Source: Minisyncoccia bacterium (lineage in GTDB: Bacteria; Patescibacteriota; Minisyncoccia; Phycocordibacterales; Phycocordibacteraceae). Taken from it: a DNA stretch of 64,000 nucleotides. Under the pieces are notes generated by a model. It did no database searches. It was not told the origin of the DNA and was given only the letters and a program-made list of their open reading frames with translations. Made by a program: the position numbers and the translations under genes. Numbering within the stretch: the stretch's first letter is position 1; the number at the start of each line of letters is the position of its first letter. Location of the stretch: positions 731 to 64,730 of the forward strand of contig JBAQPM010000007.1 in NCBI GenBank assembly GCA_049305795.1, written 5' to 3'. Positions 8,380-18,575 of this stretch are shown piece by piece.

Positions 8380-9872
8380 ATGCTTTTGAAAATGTTGAAC
8401 AGTGGCGACGCTTCCCCCACGCCGTAAAGTGTATCTGACTCATAATCAATACCGCGTTGCGCAAGACCCGATACCCCAAACTGAAGCAACCGCATCGGAT
8501 GCGTGGGGTCAGAAATATCCCACGCCTCAACTCTGCGAGTACTTACAGCGCTTGGAGTGGCGGCAAGATAGGCAATGGGCCCCGCAACCTGTATACCAGT
8601 CACGTTTGTTCCTACTTCCCCTGTTCCAAGAAGGATGAGTCCCGTTTCCGGTTTGGATGCGTCAAAAATATACAGCTCTGGACCGGCAGTGTTTGAAGCG
8701 CGCCCTACGTAGAGCAGGTGTCCGAGAAGCGCAATGCTTTGGGCATTCTGGTTTCCCGGCAGATCAACGCGCGAACCTGTTATTTCAGTGATACTTCCTG
8801 TTTCAGAGGTATCGGTGACGTCATACACTGCCACTTCCCCACTATCGCGCGCAGTGGCCACGTAAGCAAAACGCCGAGTTTCATCTCCCACTTTTTCGTC
8901 GCGAACGACGAGATCATGTATGGTGCTATTTATGAATGTTCCGAACCCAAGTTCATGCGGAAATTCTGGATCGGAAACGTCAAAGATATGAAATTCGGGA
9001 CCTTCGGTTTCGCGCGTAACAAAATATATCTTGCGGTCGTAATAAAAAAGACGCCAACCCTGTGGAAACGAACCAGTCGCCTCAACTTGAGCAGGAGTCG
9101 TGGACGCCAGAAGTTTTGGATGATCAATATAAGAGGCGTCGACAATAGCAAACTGGTGATCAGGGCTATGCAATGCCATAAATAGGTACCGATGAGTGTC
9201 TTCACCTTCTCCAATTGAAACTGCGTCAAGGGCGTTTGGATATGCCGCAAGCGCAAGTGATTCTTCTGGCATATGAATAAGGCCTTCAGTGGTGCCTGTG
9301 GGAACATCAAGGACATCTGCAATGGCAATATAGGGAAATTGATCAAGACCAAGATATGCCAGTCCCCCAAGGACATCAATCGCAGTTCCCTTTACGCCAG
9401 CACTCGTGTCCGAGGAATCGACATGCATGGCTTGCCAGGATGATTCTGGCGGCACCATCTCGCAATCGCGACCGAGCGCTTCTAGTTCAAGAGGACTTGC
9501 AAATCGACTAGACACCGGTAATTGACTGCGACGTTCGGTTCTTGAAACATGTATGACTACCTCTTTAATACATCGGGAAATATCCTTTACCCGTTGCTGC
9601 CATTCGTAAGAAGTGGCATCTATGATGGACACACCTTCTGATGGAATGAGTTTGGTGAAATCAGTACGCGACACCGCAAACGCATCGGAAAGTATATCTT
9701 CAGCGATTTCCTGCATATCAGTTTCTTCTTGTATATCCACTGCCGCAGTTGCGCTTGCACCGGAGGCAAGAAGTATGGCCGTTCCCAAAAGACTGAATAC
9801 TGAAAAAGCAATCAACAATTCAAGTGTGATGCTTCCCTGACGGAGTTTCCTTCGCGCTACCTCCGCCTCCAT
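8376..9872 (-). CDS. Large pilin-like protein with LVIVD-type beta-propeller repeats (candidate pilus tip adhesin)
   Basis: N-terminal prepilin-like QGSITLELLIAFSVFSLL; repeated [FY]V[AG]...G..h.hhDhSDP..P segments (YAYVATARDSGEVAVYDVTD, LLYVGRASNTAGPELYIFDASKPE, KIYFVTRETEGPEFHIFDVSDPEFP, IAYLAATPS...VEAWDISDPTHP). Confidence 0.65.
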   Translation of the reverse strand: MEAEVARRKLRQGSITLELLIAFSVFSLLGTAILLASGASATAAVDIQEETDMQEIAEDILSDAFAVSRTDFTKLIPSEGVSIIDATSYEWQQRVKDISRCIKEVVIHVSRTERRSQLPVSSRFASPLELEALGRDCEMVPPESSWQAMHVDSSDTSAGVKGTAIDVLGGLAYLGLDQFPYIAIADVLDVPTGTTEGLIHMPEESLALAAYPNALDAVSIGEGEDTHRYLFMALHSPDHQFAIVDASYIDHPKLLASTTPAQVEATGSFPQGWRLFYYDRKIYFVTRETEGPEFHIFDVSDPEFPHELGFGTFINSTIHDLVVRDEKVGDETRRFAYVATARDSGEVAVYDVTDTSETGSITEITGSRVDLPGNQNAQSIALLGHLLYVGRASNTAGPELYIFDASKPETGLILLGTGEVGTNVTGIQVAGPIAYLAATPSAVSTRRVEAWDISDPTHPMRLLQFGVSGLAQRGIDYESDTLYGVGEASPLFNIFKSI

Positions 9873-11167
9873 TCTTTGTCCTGCCGCACGAGATTCACAA
9901 CGTCAAGCGGATCAGCGAGAAGCGCTTCGACAATGCGTTCCATGCGTATGGATTGAGAACCTTTTATGAGCACAACGTCACCCTTTCGCACCAATGAAAC
10001 GAGTGGCTGTGTGGCATTTTTTGAAGAGTCAAAAGAAATCACCGCATCATCTCTAAGACCTGCCTTGCGCGCAACTTCTGCCATAGCGCGAGCACGTATA
10101 CCAACGGTGACAAATACATCGGCACTCGACGCGGCAAGACGAGCAATACGCTCGTGTTCCGAAACAGAATAGCGCCCAAGCTCAAGCATGTCCCCCAAGA
10201 TGACAATGCGGCGTTTTGCCTCTACAAGAGAAAGTGTTGAAAGCGCTTCTTCAACGGCGGCAGGAGAGGCATTGTATGAGTCATCTATAAGGAGTGCGTC
10301 CTCTTTCCCTTTAAAAATACGCATACGCCCCGGCGGAGGCGCATAGGTAGCAAGACCGGTAAGCGCTTCTTCAATAGGAATTTCAAGCGCAAGTGCAGAG
10401 GCAAGCGCGGCCGCGGGAGCAAGAAGTTGCGGACGACCAAGAGCACCCTGAACCTTGATGTCGTATGTTCCCTCATTGGTAGAAAGAGTTGCTTCCATGC
10501 CGGAAACCATATCTCCTTCCATGAAAACGCGAGGATGCTCGATGCGAACGGTTGCCTCTTTATCAAAACCAAAACTTGAAACATTTGCAGCTAAACGTTT
10601 GGCATAGGTGCGTGCATGGTGGTCTTCAGAAGCGATAATAAGCGGCGCGCCTTGTGCAAGGCCATAGGCAGGAACGAATTCCTCTTCTCGAACGGCCTCG
10701 GGCGAAATATATGCTTCAACATGCACAGGAATTTCTGGAAGCCATGTCACCACGACCACATCTGGAGTTGCAATGCGAAGAATTTTTGCCAGGTCCCCAG
10801 GTCTATCGGCACCAACTTCAAGAACGAGAATGGTGGGATAGTGATTTGGAAGAAGCAACAGTGCGCACGCTTCTTTGAGCACACGAAACCATCCGAGCGC
10901 ATCCGTCCAAGGATTTTTTGATCCCAGTATCGTAAGGGGAACGCCAAATTCGCTGTTATAACTTTTCTCCGATGCACGCACAAAGGCACGTGAAGAAAGC
11001 GCCGCACGCACCGCATCTTTTGTTGACGTCTTCCCGACGCTGCCGGTAACCATCACAATACGGGGTTTATATTTTGCGATGACTAATCGCGCGAGAAAAG
11101 CGAGCCAGAGTGCGGTGATGGATCTAAGAAGTTTTTTCATAGGTGGCGCGGTCTGGTGGGACGTCAT
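9857..11167 (-). CDS. murF: UDP-N-acetylmuramoyl-tripeptide--D-alanyl-D-alanine ligase
   Basis: Mur ligase P-loop VMVTGSVGKTSTKD; dcw-cluster context downstream of ftsI; the true start may be the internal Met at 11140. Confidence 0.85.
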   Translation of the reverse strand: MTSHQTAPPMKKLLRSITALWLAFLARLVIAKYKPRIVMVTGSVGKTSTKDAVRAALSSRAFVRASEKSYNSEFGVPLTILGSKNPWTDALGWFRVLKEACALLLLPNHYPTILVLEVGADRPGDLAKILRIATPDVVVVTWLPEIPVHVEAYISPEAVREEEFVPAYGLAQGAPLIIASEDHHARTYAKRLAANVSSFGFDKEATVRIEHPRVFMEGDMVSGMEATLSTNEGTYDIKVQGALGRPQLLAPAAALASALALEIPIEEALTGLATYAPPPGRMRIFKGKEDALLIDDSYNASPAAVEEALSTLSLVEAKRRIVILGDMLELGRYSVSEHERIARLAASSADVFVTVGIRARAMAEVARKAGLRDDAVISFDSSKNATQPLVSLVRKGDVVLIKGSQSIRMERIVEALLADPLDVVNLVRQDKEWRRR

Positions 11168-12851
11168 AGTAATTCGTGAGGAAATGCACGAGGTCCATAA
11201 ACGTATCCGTCAACGTCTCAGATGCATACTGTACACCCTGTGGCTCGCGTGTGTACAGAAGAATAATAAAGCGTGGATTTGATGCGGGGAAATATCCGAA
11301 GAAGGAGTGGAAATAGCGATCGGCATAATATCCTCCAAGCGGAGACGCCATTTGTGCCGTACCCGTTTTTGCAGCAACGCTCATTTCCGGAATTTTCATC
11401 TTCCCTTTTGCAAGTGCAGTATCAACGACCGTAACCAGCATGTCAGTCACTGCTGCAGTGCTTTCTGGACTAAACACTTTTTGTGAAGGACCCCACGAGA
11501 GCGGTCGGTCGATACCCGACTGAAGATGTATCGCTGTTCCTAGATGCGGCGTGACAATGGAACCGTGGTTCGCAAGTGCTCCAAGTGCGCGAATCATTTC
11601 AATGGGTGTTTGTGCAATGCCCTGTCCAAACGATGCGGTGGCGTAGTTCACATCGCGATCGGTAAGGTTTGCAAGCGTGCCCCGAATCTCACTTGGCAAG
11701 TCAACACCTGTTTCGGTATCCATACCAAGATTCGTGAAATACGTGCGCAAGCGATCATGACCGAGTTTTCCTGCAATCCACGATACGCCAAGGTTCAACG
11801 ACTGCGAAAGCACTTCCTGCATAGGCACCACCCCACGGGCCTTAAGATCATAGTTACAAATCCGTTTCGTATTGAGCGTTATACACCCAGTATCGTTATA
11901 CGTCGTCTCTGGAGTGATCACGCCTGCATCAATGCCAGAAGCCATCGTGAGTGCTTTCATAATCGAACCGAATTCATAACGCCGTTCGACGATGTGGTTA
12001 TTAAAAAGCGCAGGATCTGCGCTTGTGTAGGTATTGGGATCAAATGAAGGAATAGTATCAAGCGCAATGATGGCTCCCGTTTTAGGGTCCATGATGATGC
12101 CTCCGGTTTCCTGGCTGTAGTAGGTGCGCTGCACATCTCTAAGCACTTCGTCGAGTTTTTGTTGGACGATAGGCTCAATAGAAGTCACCACGTCACCGCG
12201 CCTTGCTTCCCGAGCATCAACCACAACGCTTCCGATGTTGGCAAACAATTCCGCAAAGAAATTACCGAATACCCCCTCACCATCTCGCACGAGTGCATAG
12301 TCATAATAGCGTTCAAGACCGTAGCGGCCGGCAATAGTATTTTTATCATCATACCCAATCAGTCCTATCGATTGAGCCGCTTTTTCTTTTGCGGGATAAA
12401 ATCGCCAACGCTCTCGAATGACCATCACCCCGGGAAGATCTTCTGCGTCAATGGCCGTTCCTGCCTCCTCCGCGACATGATCAGCAACTTCTTCATACGG
12501 GTCATCAATTTTTGCCGCGCGAGCCATGAACTCTTCTCGTGAAAGAGTAAGATGCGCCGAGAGTGCCGCAAAGGTTTTTTCAGGATCCTTAATCTTTCCA
12601 GGATCGATTGCAACAATGAACCCTGTTGCAAGCGTTGCGGCTGAAATGAGCGTGCCATCTTTTCGAGTGAAATAAATTGCTCCGCGATCATAGAGCTGTT
12701 GACTGGCGTTTACATACTGGTGTTCAGCGCGCAACGCATACTCTTCCCCATGAACTATCTGCACGAAATACAATCTAACAATGAGAAGGAGGGCGAATGA
12801 AAGAAGTCCGAGCGAAACGAGACGGAGCCTAAACCGAAACGTGCGCCGCAT
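11124..12851 (-). CDS. ftsI: Peptidoglycan D,D-transpeptidase (penicillin-binding protein 3-like)
   Basis: N-terminal TM; transpeptidase motifs SIMK (SxxK), SxN region, KTGTAQ; sits between ftsL and murF. Confidence 0.85.
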   Translation of the reverse strand: MRRTFRFRLRLVSLGLLSFALLLIVRLYFVQIVHGEEYALRAEHQYVNASQQLYDRGAIYFTRKDGTLISAATLATGFIVAIDPGKIKDPEKTFAALSAHLTLSREEFMARAAKIDDPYEEVADHVAEEAGTAIDAEDLPGVMVIRERWRFYPAKEKAAQSIGLIGYDDKNTIAGRYGLERYYDYALVRDGEGVFGNFFAELFANIGSVVVDAREARRGDVVTSIEPIVQQKLDEVLRDVQRTYYSQETGGIIMDPKTGAIIALDTIPSFDPNTYTSADPALFNNHIVERRYEFGSIMKALTMASGIDAGVITPETTYNDTGCITLNTKRICNYDLKARGVVPMQEVLSQSLNLGVSWIAGKLGHDRLRTYFTNLGMDTETGVDLPSEIRGTLANLTDRDVNYATASFGQGIAQTPIEMIRALGALANHGSIVTPHLGTAIHLQSGIDRPLSWGPSQKVFSPESTAAVTDMLVTVVDTALAKGKMKIPEMSVAAKTGTAQMASPLGGYYADRYFHSFFGYFPASNPRFIILLYTREPQGVQYASETLTDTFMDLVHFLTNYYDVPPDRATYEKTS

Positions 12852-12854
12852 GTG

Positions 12855-13139
12855 TTAGAAATCGGCTCTCGAAAGCGCTGGAACCGGAGCAGAAACGGCG
12901 TAGAGTTTTTTGGTTGGCATAGAAAAACCAAGTGTTGCCGGATCCATTTCGTTCAAGGCAGCTATGGCCTGATAATATTCCGACTCAAGAGATCCAATGG
13001 ATGCTTCAGTGTCGTGGATGGACCCCGCAAGATCGGTTTGTATGCTTGCAAAGCATATCGTTACCACAACGAGACTGACATAGAGCGTTACGACGCCAGC
13101 AAATGTAGCACCCAGAAGTGATACAAATCGATCAGGCAT
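12855..13139 (-). CDS. ftsL: Cell division protein FtsL-like (small bitopic membrane protein)
   Basis: Single TM plus a coiled-coil-like region; position between rsmH and ftsI. Start taken at the internal Met (MPDRFVSLL...) because the longer ORF would overlap rsmH by about 125 nt. Confidence 0.5.
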   Translation of the reverse strand: MPDRFVSLLGATFAGVVTLYVSLVVVTICFASIQTDLAGSIHDTEASIGSLESEYYQAIAALNEMDPATLGFSMPTKKLYAVSAPVPALSRADF

Positions 13140-14082
13140 AGGCAATAGACGAAGACGTGTCGGGCAAAGACGCCGCAACGATGGAGCGTTCAAACACCCG
13201 CAATTTCGCACTTCGAGAACGCGGATTGCGTTTCGTTTCTTCCACAGAGGGAACAATGACTTTTTTATTAACTACCAAGCCACTTCCCTTTGCATGCGCT
13301 TCTCGAAATATATTTTTAACAATCCGGTCTTCAATACTATGAAAAGTGATAACGGCAACACGTCCTCCAGGTGAAAGGTGGTCGATGGTAGCGGCGAGAC
13401 CTTCACGAATGGCGCCCAACTCGTCATTCACGGCAATACGAAGTGCTTGAAATGTTTTTGTCGCAGGATGCGTTTTGCGGTGGTGGTACCACGCCGGTGT
13501 TCCCGCCTCTACCGCCTTCACCAGTGCATTCGTCGTTACAATACGTTCCTTTGCGCGCGCAAGAACAATGGCGCGTGCAATACCCCGTGCAAAACGCTCT
13601 TCGCCATAGGTGTGCAATATGTCGCTCAGTTCTTCTTCTGAGGCAGTGGCAAGAAGCTCTGCGGCGCTTCCGGTTGATCCCGAATCGCTGTAGGTCATAA
13701 GAAGCGGCTCGTCCTCGCGAAATGAAAACCCGCGTCCCTCCGCAAGCTGGTATCCGCTCCACCCAAGGTCAAAAAGCGCCTTGTTGATGTGAGAAATACC
13801 AAGGCGCTCAAGGATGCGGGCAAGATTTCTAAAATTATCTGCAATCAAATGAACCATGGGTCGGTCGGTTCTGGGGTCTTCGTCAAGAACTTCACGTGCT
13901 CGCTCAAGAGCATGTTGATCGGCATCAATCCCAACAAGCACCCCTTCGGAAGAAAGAGCAGCAAAAAGGCCCCTCCAATGCCCTGCCCCACCCACCGTTC
14001 CATCAACGACAATATCGTTTGGCTCTATAGAAAGTGCCTCAATACTTTCCTCAAGGAGAACGCTGTCATGTTTTGCTTCCAT
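13132..14082 (-). CDS. rsmH: 16S rRNA (cytosine1402-N4)-methyltransferase
   Basis: SAM-binding motif VDGTVGGAGH; mraZ immediately upstream. Confidence 0.9.
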   Translation of the reverse strand: MEAKHDSVLLEESIEALSIEPNDIVVDGTVGGAGHWRGLFAALSSEGVLVGIDADQHALERAREVLDEDPRTDRPMVHLIADNFRNLARILERLGISHINKALFDLGWSGYQLAEGRGFSFREDEPLLMTYSDSGSTGSAAELLATASEEELSDILHTYGEERFARGIARAIVLARAKERIVTTNALVKAVEAGTPAWYHHRKTHPATKTFQALRIAVNDELGAIREGLAATIDHLSPGGRVAVITFHSIEDRIVKNIFREAHAKGSGLVVNKKVIVPSVEETKRNPRSRSAKLRVFERSIVAASLPDTSSSIAYA

Positions 14083-14088
14083 ACCGTA

Positions 14089-14523
14089 TCAAAAAAGGCC
14101 TCGTTCCCCGAGCTTGTCGGCAAATTGGTCAGCTTCGCGTTCAATAGTCTTGGTATATCGTTCCCATGAACCCTCGTCCCACAACTCAACGCGGTCTGAA
14201 ACTCCAGCAACCACTGCTTTGGTGGAAAGAGTCGCAAACTTCTTCAAATAATCAGGAACCAAAATACGGCCAGCGGAATCCACTTCCGCTTCGTTTGCAC
14301 CCGCAAGCATGAGGCGAGAAAGACCGCGACCAGCAGCGCTTCCCGTTGAATGTTCTGCCATCTTTGCTGCCTGTTTCTCCCATGCTTTTTTTGGATACAC
14401 AAAAAGACACGTATCGAGTCCGCGCGTGACGATGACCGATCGACCAAGTTCCTTCCGAAATTTTGCCGGAAGCGAGATCCGATTTTTCGGATCAAAGGTG
14501 TGTCGATATTCGCCGATGAACAT
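14089..14523 (-). CDS. mraZ: Transcriptional regulator MraZ
   Basis: MFIGEYRHTFDPKNRISLPAKFR at the N-terminus; duplicated DXXXR-type halves; first gene of the dcw cluster. Confidence 0.85.
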   Translation of the reverse strand: MFIGEYRHTFDPKNRISLPAKFRKELGRSVIVTRGLDTCLFVYPKKAWEKQAAKMAEHSTGSAAGRGLSRLMLAGANEAEVDSAGRILVPDYLKKFATLSTKAVVAGVSDRVELWDEGSWERYTKTIEREADQFADKLGERGLF

Positions 14524-14582
14524 AAAAGTGAAAGAGGAGAGATTGCTGCGGCATATCGGCAAAGAGCTGATTTACCACTTCA

Positions 14583-14640
14583 TCCCACCTGCATGGAATT
14601 ATATGCCACTGTCTCCCACTCCCCTATTACTTATCCACAC
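14583..14640 (-). promoter_or_regulatory. Putative mra promoter: TATAAT on the minus strand (plus coordinates 14598-14603) flanked by GTGGGA repeats (plus-strand tcccac at 14583-14588 and 14614-14619), candidate MraZ boxes
   Basis: Motifs read on the minus strand upstream of mraZ. E. coli MraZ binds TGGGN direct repeats (established knowledge). Confidence 0.35.
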
Positions 14641-14668
14641 AAAAACAGCCTCATACGAGGCTGTTTTT
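14641..14668. terminator. Bidirectional terminator (aaaaacagcctc-atac-gaggctgttttt)
   Basis: Perfect stem with an A-run and a T-run; lies after lysK on the minus strand. Confidence 0.7.
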
Positions 14669-14691
14669 GTGTGGGAGTTTATCTTCCAGAG

Positions 14692-16260
14692 TTACTTCAC
14701 GCCGTCGCGTAAACGCTTTTCCACGAATTCACGAGGAAGAACGGAAAGAAACCAGCCCGCCTTGGGACCCGAATCGCGATTGAGAAATAGCGAGTAAATT
14801 GCCATAAACAATTCTTTTGGTGCAATAGGCACCTCGGTTTTAAGCTCGTGTAATTTTGCATGCACCTCTTCACCCGTACGCTCCTCTTTCATGAAATCTG
14901 CAAGTATTGCGAGCGCTTTTTTCTGTACATCTGAAAAAGAAATATTTTCTGGAAGACTTTCTTGAAGTTCATATCGAAATTCAGCAGGAGCATAGGTAGA
15001 AAGCCAATATTTCGCATACGCAGCACGCTCTTTAAGTGCAAGAAGCTCATCGTCGGTGAGAGTGGTCCCCTTTGCTGCCTCTGCCTCTTTTTCAAGTGAC
15101 AAGTGTGGCATCTGCACAATAAAAGAGACTTCCCGAAAACGCATATGCCACAGTACTGGAGCGCCCGCCCGGTTTTCAGGGAGCTGACAGAGTGCAAAAA
15201 GACGAGAATAATCGTCTGCCTTACCCTCGGCCACACCAAGGGCAAGATCGTCGTACCAGTCATACAAACGTGGAATGGAATCGCCGGAAGGATCGACATC
15301 AATTTGCTGAGTAATATCTTTCCCAAGGAGAGCAAGTCGGAAAAGTGATGGCGGAAGAAGATCGTTCATGTCTTTTGCCGATGACCCCCTCCCTTTTGAA
15401 GAAGACATTTTCTTGCCTCCCACGAGGAAAAATTCATAGGGAATATCAAACGGTGGTTCGGCATTAAACAGTTCCCGCGAAATATGATTGGCAACATCAC
15501 GAGACCCTCCTTTCGTTGAGTGGTCTTTCCCACCGCCTTCAATATCAACGCCAACGGCAGACCATTTTGCAGCCCAGTCCGCTTTCCAGAATAATTTTGC
15601 ATTTCCTTTCCACGGCGCCATTCGTCCGGCGTGTCCGCAGGAAACAGCTCCATCGGGATTTTTGTCACAGGCATAGCCAACAGTTTCTCCGTCAAAATCG
15701 AAAGAGCGTGTGGTCATGATTTTGCCGCATTTTTCACAAGGGATGGATACCGGGAGCCATGAATCGTCCTTAACTGAACCCGACACTTCTTTTAAAATGC
15801 GCCTGACATCCGCAGCTCGTTCAAGTGCAGTTCGGATATAGGAATCCATCTTTCCTGATTGATAGAGTTCGGTAGCACGATAATATTCAGGACGAAAAGC
15901 GGCTTTCGCGTGCACAACCTTAAATTCTTCGCCAAAATATTCCGCATAGTTTGCAAAACCTGGTTCAGGGCTTGGCACTTCATAGAGTGGTTTCCCAAGA
16001 TATTGCGTGAATGTTTCTGTGGAAAGATAACCTGGTATTGAATCGAAAGGGTCAAAATCATTTAGTTCGTATTTGTACATATTTGGAACTCCTTGTTCCG
16101 AAAGAGTTTCCGCGATGGCGCTATGAATCGCAACGCCGCGCATAGAACCAACATGGACACGACCGGAGAGTGTTTTTTCGTCGCGAATAAGAAAAGTCTT
16201 CCCGTCCCGTGGAGCTCGGGTATTCCGTATTTCCTCTACAATGCGATCTGCCCAAAACAT
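14692..16260 (-). CDS. lysK: Lysine--tRNA ligase, class I (archaeal-type LysK)
   Basis: Class I HIGH-like HVGS and KMSKS-like KMSSSKG; Cys-rich zinc region CEKCGK; 522 aa. Confidence 0.8.
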   Translation of the reverse strand: MFWADRIVEEIRNTRAPRDGKTFLIRDEKTLSGRVHVGSMRGVAIHSAIAETLSEQGVPNMYKYELNDFDPFDSIPGYLSTETFTQYLGKPLYEVPSPEPGFANYAEYFGEEFKVVHAKAAFRPEYYRATELYQSGKMDSYIRTALERAADVRRILKEVSGSVKDDSWLPVSIPCEKCGKIMTTRSFDFDGETVGYACDKNPDGAVSCGHAGRMAPWKGNAKLFWKADWAAKWSAVGVDIEGGGKDHSTKGGSRDVANHISRELFNAEPPFDIPYEFFLVGGKKMSSSKGRGSSAKDMNDLLPPSLFRLALLGKDITQQIDVDPSGDSIPRLYDWYDDLALGVAEGKADDYSRLFALCQLPENRAGAPVLWHMRFREVSFIVQMPHLSLEKEAEAAKGTTLTDDELLALKERAAYAKYWLSTYAPAEFRYELQESLPENISFSDVQKKALAILADFMKEERTGEEVHAKLHELKTEVPIAPKELFMAIYSLFLNRDSGPKAGWFLSVLPREFVEKRLRDGVK

Positions 16261-16337
16261 ATCCGCATCCTAACACAAAACCGCCAGGCGTAGCCTGGCG
16301 GTTTTAGAAACAATCTTACGTTCATTTCAAAACCTAC

Positions 16338-16808
16338 TTACGAAACTTTTTCTACTTCATAGGTCTGCTTCCCATTTGGTGTTTCAAAAGTGAACACTTC
16401 ACCTTTCTTTTTACCCATAAGAGCCGCACCAAGGGGAGAAACGTGCGAAAGTTTCCGTTCGCGCATATCCGCTTCTTCGCTTCCGACAATAGTGTATTCG
16501 TGAGCCTCTGCACTTCCCTCTTTTTTGATGAGAACTTTTGAGCCAAAACCGACAATGTCTTTCTTTTTATTATCGGTCTGAATCTTCGCGTGCTTCACCA
16601 ACTCTTCAAGCTTTCTGATGCGCTCTTCGGTTGCTGCCTGAAGTTCGCGCGCCTCTTGGTATTCAGCATTCTCAGAGAGATCGCCAAGCGAGCGAGCATA
16701 TTCGAGATTCTTAGCAATCTCGGTTCGTCGAACCGTTTTAAGATGCTCGAGTTCTTTCGCCATCTCATCAAATTTCTCTTGCGAAACGATAGTATCTTGG
16801 TCGGTCAT
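16338..16808 (-). CDS. greA: Transcription elongation factor GreA
   Basis: N-terminal coiled coil with acidic tip (LGDLSENAEYQEA); C-terminal FKBP-like domain; 156 aa. Confidence 0.9.
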   Translation of the reverse strand: MTDQDTIVSQEKFDEMAKELEHLKTVRRTEIAKNLEYARSLGDLSENAEYQEARELQAATEERIRKLEELVKHAKIQTDNKKKDIVGFGSKVLIKKEGSAEAHEYTIVGSEEADMRERKLSHVSPLGAALMGKKKGEVFTFETPNGKQTYEVEKVS

Positions 16809-16865
16809 TGGTGAAATACGAGCTGGTATTGGCGTATTGTACGTGAGGGCGGTGGGAGCGCAAGC

Positions 16866-18536
16866 CTATTCAAAATATTCAGGCGCGGTTTGATGGAGCG
16901 CGCTTAAAACTTGATGCATCACGTAGATGCCCCCGGTCGCATTTCCCGAAGGACCTTTTTCCATAACCACGACATAGACGTATTTGGGATGCTCGTACGG
17001 AAAAAAACCTACTGCCCAGGAGTTGTAAAATTCGTTATGAAAACCAAGCTGTGCTGTTCCCGTCTTACCTGCCAATTCTACAAAAGAAAGATCATTCAAC
17101 CCAACCGAAGTCCCTTCGGTTGCCCCAAGACGCATGCCTTCGCGAACAATTTGAAGCATGGAAGGCGAAACAACGATGGTTTCCCCGGCAGGTACGGGGT
17201 CTTTACGCACGGTCGGCTTGATGAGTTTTCCTCCATTTGCAACCGCAGCTATAGCGCACGCTGCCTCAATGGGTGTTATCTGCATGGCGTATTGCCCGAT
17301 TGCGGTGTGGTAGGTGTTACCGATAGTCCACTGTTCGTTATACGTTTTCTCCTTCCAGGCAGGCGTTGGAACGAATCCAGTTTTTTCACCAGATAATTCA
17401 ATGCCCGTTTTTGAAGTAAGACCAAATGTTTCGTACCAATGATTCAGACGCTCGATACCAAGACCCTTTTGGCCGCCAAAACCGCCACCCACCGTGTAAA
17501 AATATACGTCCGAAGACCACGCAATTGCATGACGAAGATCCATGGCGCCGAGAACCTTCCAATCTTTAAAAATAGTAGGGTTGTCGGGGTTATAGGGATT
17601 CGGGAGAGAAATAAATCCATTTGAAACAATCGTGGTTTCGGGTGTGATAATGCCGTCGGTGAGTGCCCCCGCGGCCTCAAGCGGCTTTATGATGGATCCA
17701 GGCGTGTAGAGACCTCCCACTGCCCTATCAAGATAGGGCTGACGTTTGTCGGACTGGTAGCTTGCAATTGTTTCGCGCGGACCACCAGAAGAAAGCACGT
17801 TCGAATCGTATTCTGGATACGAAACGAGGGCATGCACTTCGCCGGTTGTTACGTCCATGAGAATTCCCGATCCTCCTTGAAATGGCACCTTATCGGCAAG
17901 TCCTTTTATAGCGTTATAAAAAGCTTCTTGTGCACGGGCGTCTATGGAAAGCGTAATTGTGGTGCCGGTTTTGGCAGGAACATTGCTCCCCTGCGAAATC
18001 ATGCGGCCCTGGGAATCTTCTTCAACAAGAATTGAACCATTGGTTCCCGACAGCTCATCGTTAAACGCCGCTTCTATTCCGGCGAGACCGGTAATGTTGG
18101 TGTCATAGTAATTCCCTGAACTATCTTTTTTAGGATAGGAAACGTACCCAAGCAGCGCTGAAAAACCGGGTGCCTGGTAGAGACGTTTAGAAAATCCATC
18201 AGACCCTTCTTCATTTGAAACAAGCGGAGCGCCGGTCCGATCAAGAATGGCGCCACGCTCGGCAAATATCGTGACCGGGCGAAGCACATTTTTTTCGCTC
18301 TTTGCAGCATAGGCAACACCCTGACGAATTTGCAGGTTCCAGGATTGGCCCAAAAGAAAACAAAGGACCGTCACAATAGTGAGCGTTACGGCGACATATG
18401 TTTTCCCTGAAATAGGCTGCTCCAAACGCCCCTCAAGACGGTTCTGATCAAAAGCGGGGATGTTTGAAGAATCGAGAAATATCTCGTCAGGAGCTATTTC
18501 AGGATCATGATATTTGAAACGAAACCGCCGCAACAT
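16866..18536 (-). CDS. mrdA: Penicillin-binding protein 2 (elongasome transpeptidase)
   Basis: N-terminal TM; SIIKP (SxxK); KTGTAQ; adjacent to mreBCD. Confidence 0.85.
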   Translation of the reverse strand: MLRRFRFKYHDPEIAPDEIFLDSSNIPAFDQNRLEGRLEQPISGKTYVAVTLTIVTVLCFLLGQSWNLQIRQGVAYAAKSEKNVLRPVTIFAERGAILDRTGAPLVSNEEGSDGFSKRLYQAPGFSALLGYVSYPKKDSSGNYYDTNITGLAGIEAAFNDELSGTNGSILVEEDSQGRMISQGSNVPAKTGTTITLSIDARAQEAFYNAIKGLADKVPFQGGSGILMDVTTGEVHALVSYPEYDSNVLSSGGPRETIASYQSDKRQPYLDRAVGGLYTPGSIIKPLEAAGALTDGIITPETTIVSNGFISLPNPYNPDNPTIFKDWKVLGAMDLRHAIAWSSDVYFYTVGGGFGGQKGLGIERLNHWYETFGLTSKTGIELSGEKTGFVPTPAWKEKTYNEQWTIGNTYHTAIGQYAMQITPIEAACAIAAVANGGKLIKPTVRKDPVPAGETIVVSPSMLQIVREGMRLGATEGTSVGLNDLSFVELAGKTGTAQLGFHNEFYNSWAVGFFPYEHPKYVYVVVMEKGPSGNATGGIYVMHQVLSALHQTAPEYFE

Positions 18537-18575
18537 GCACCTACTGTATCTCGAAATAGAATGCTGCGCGAGATT

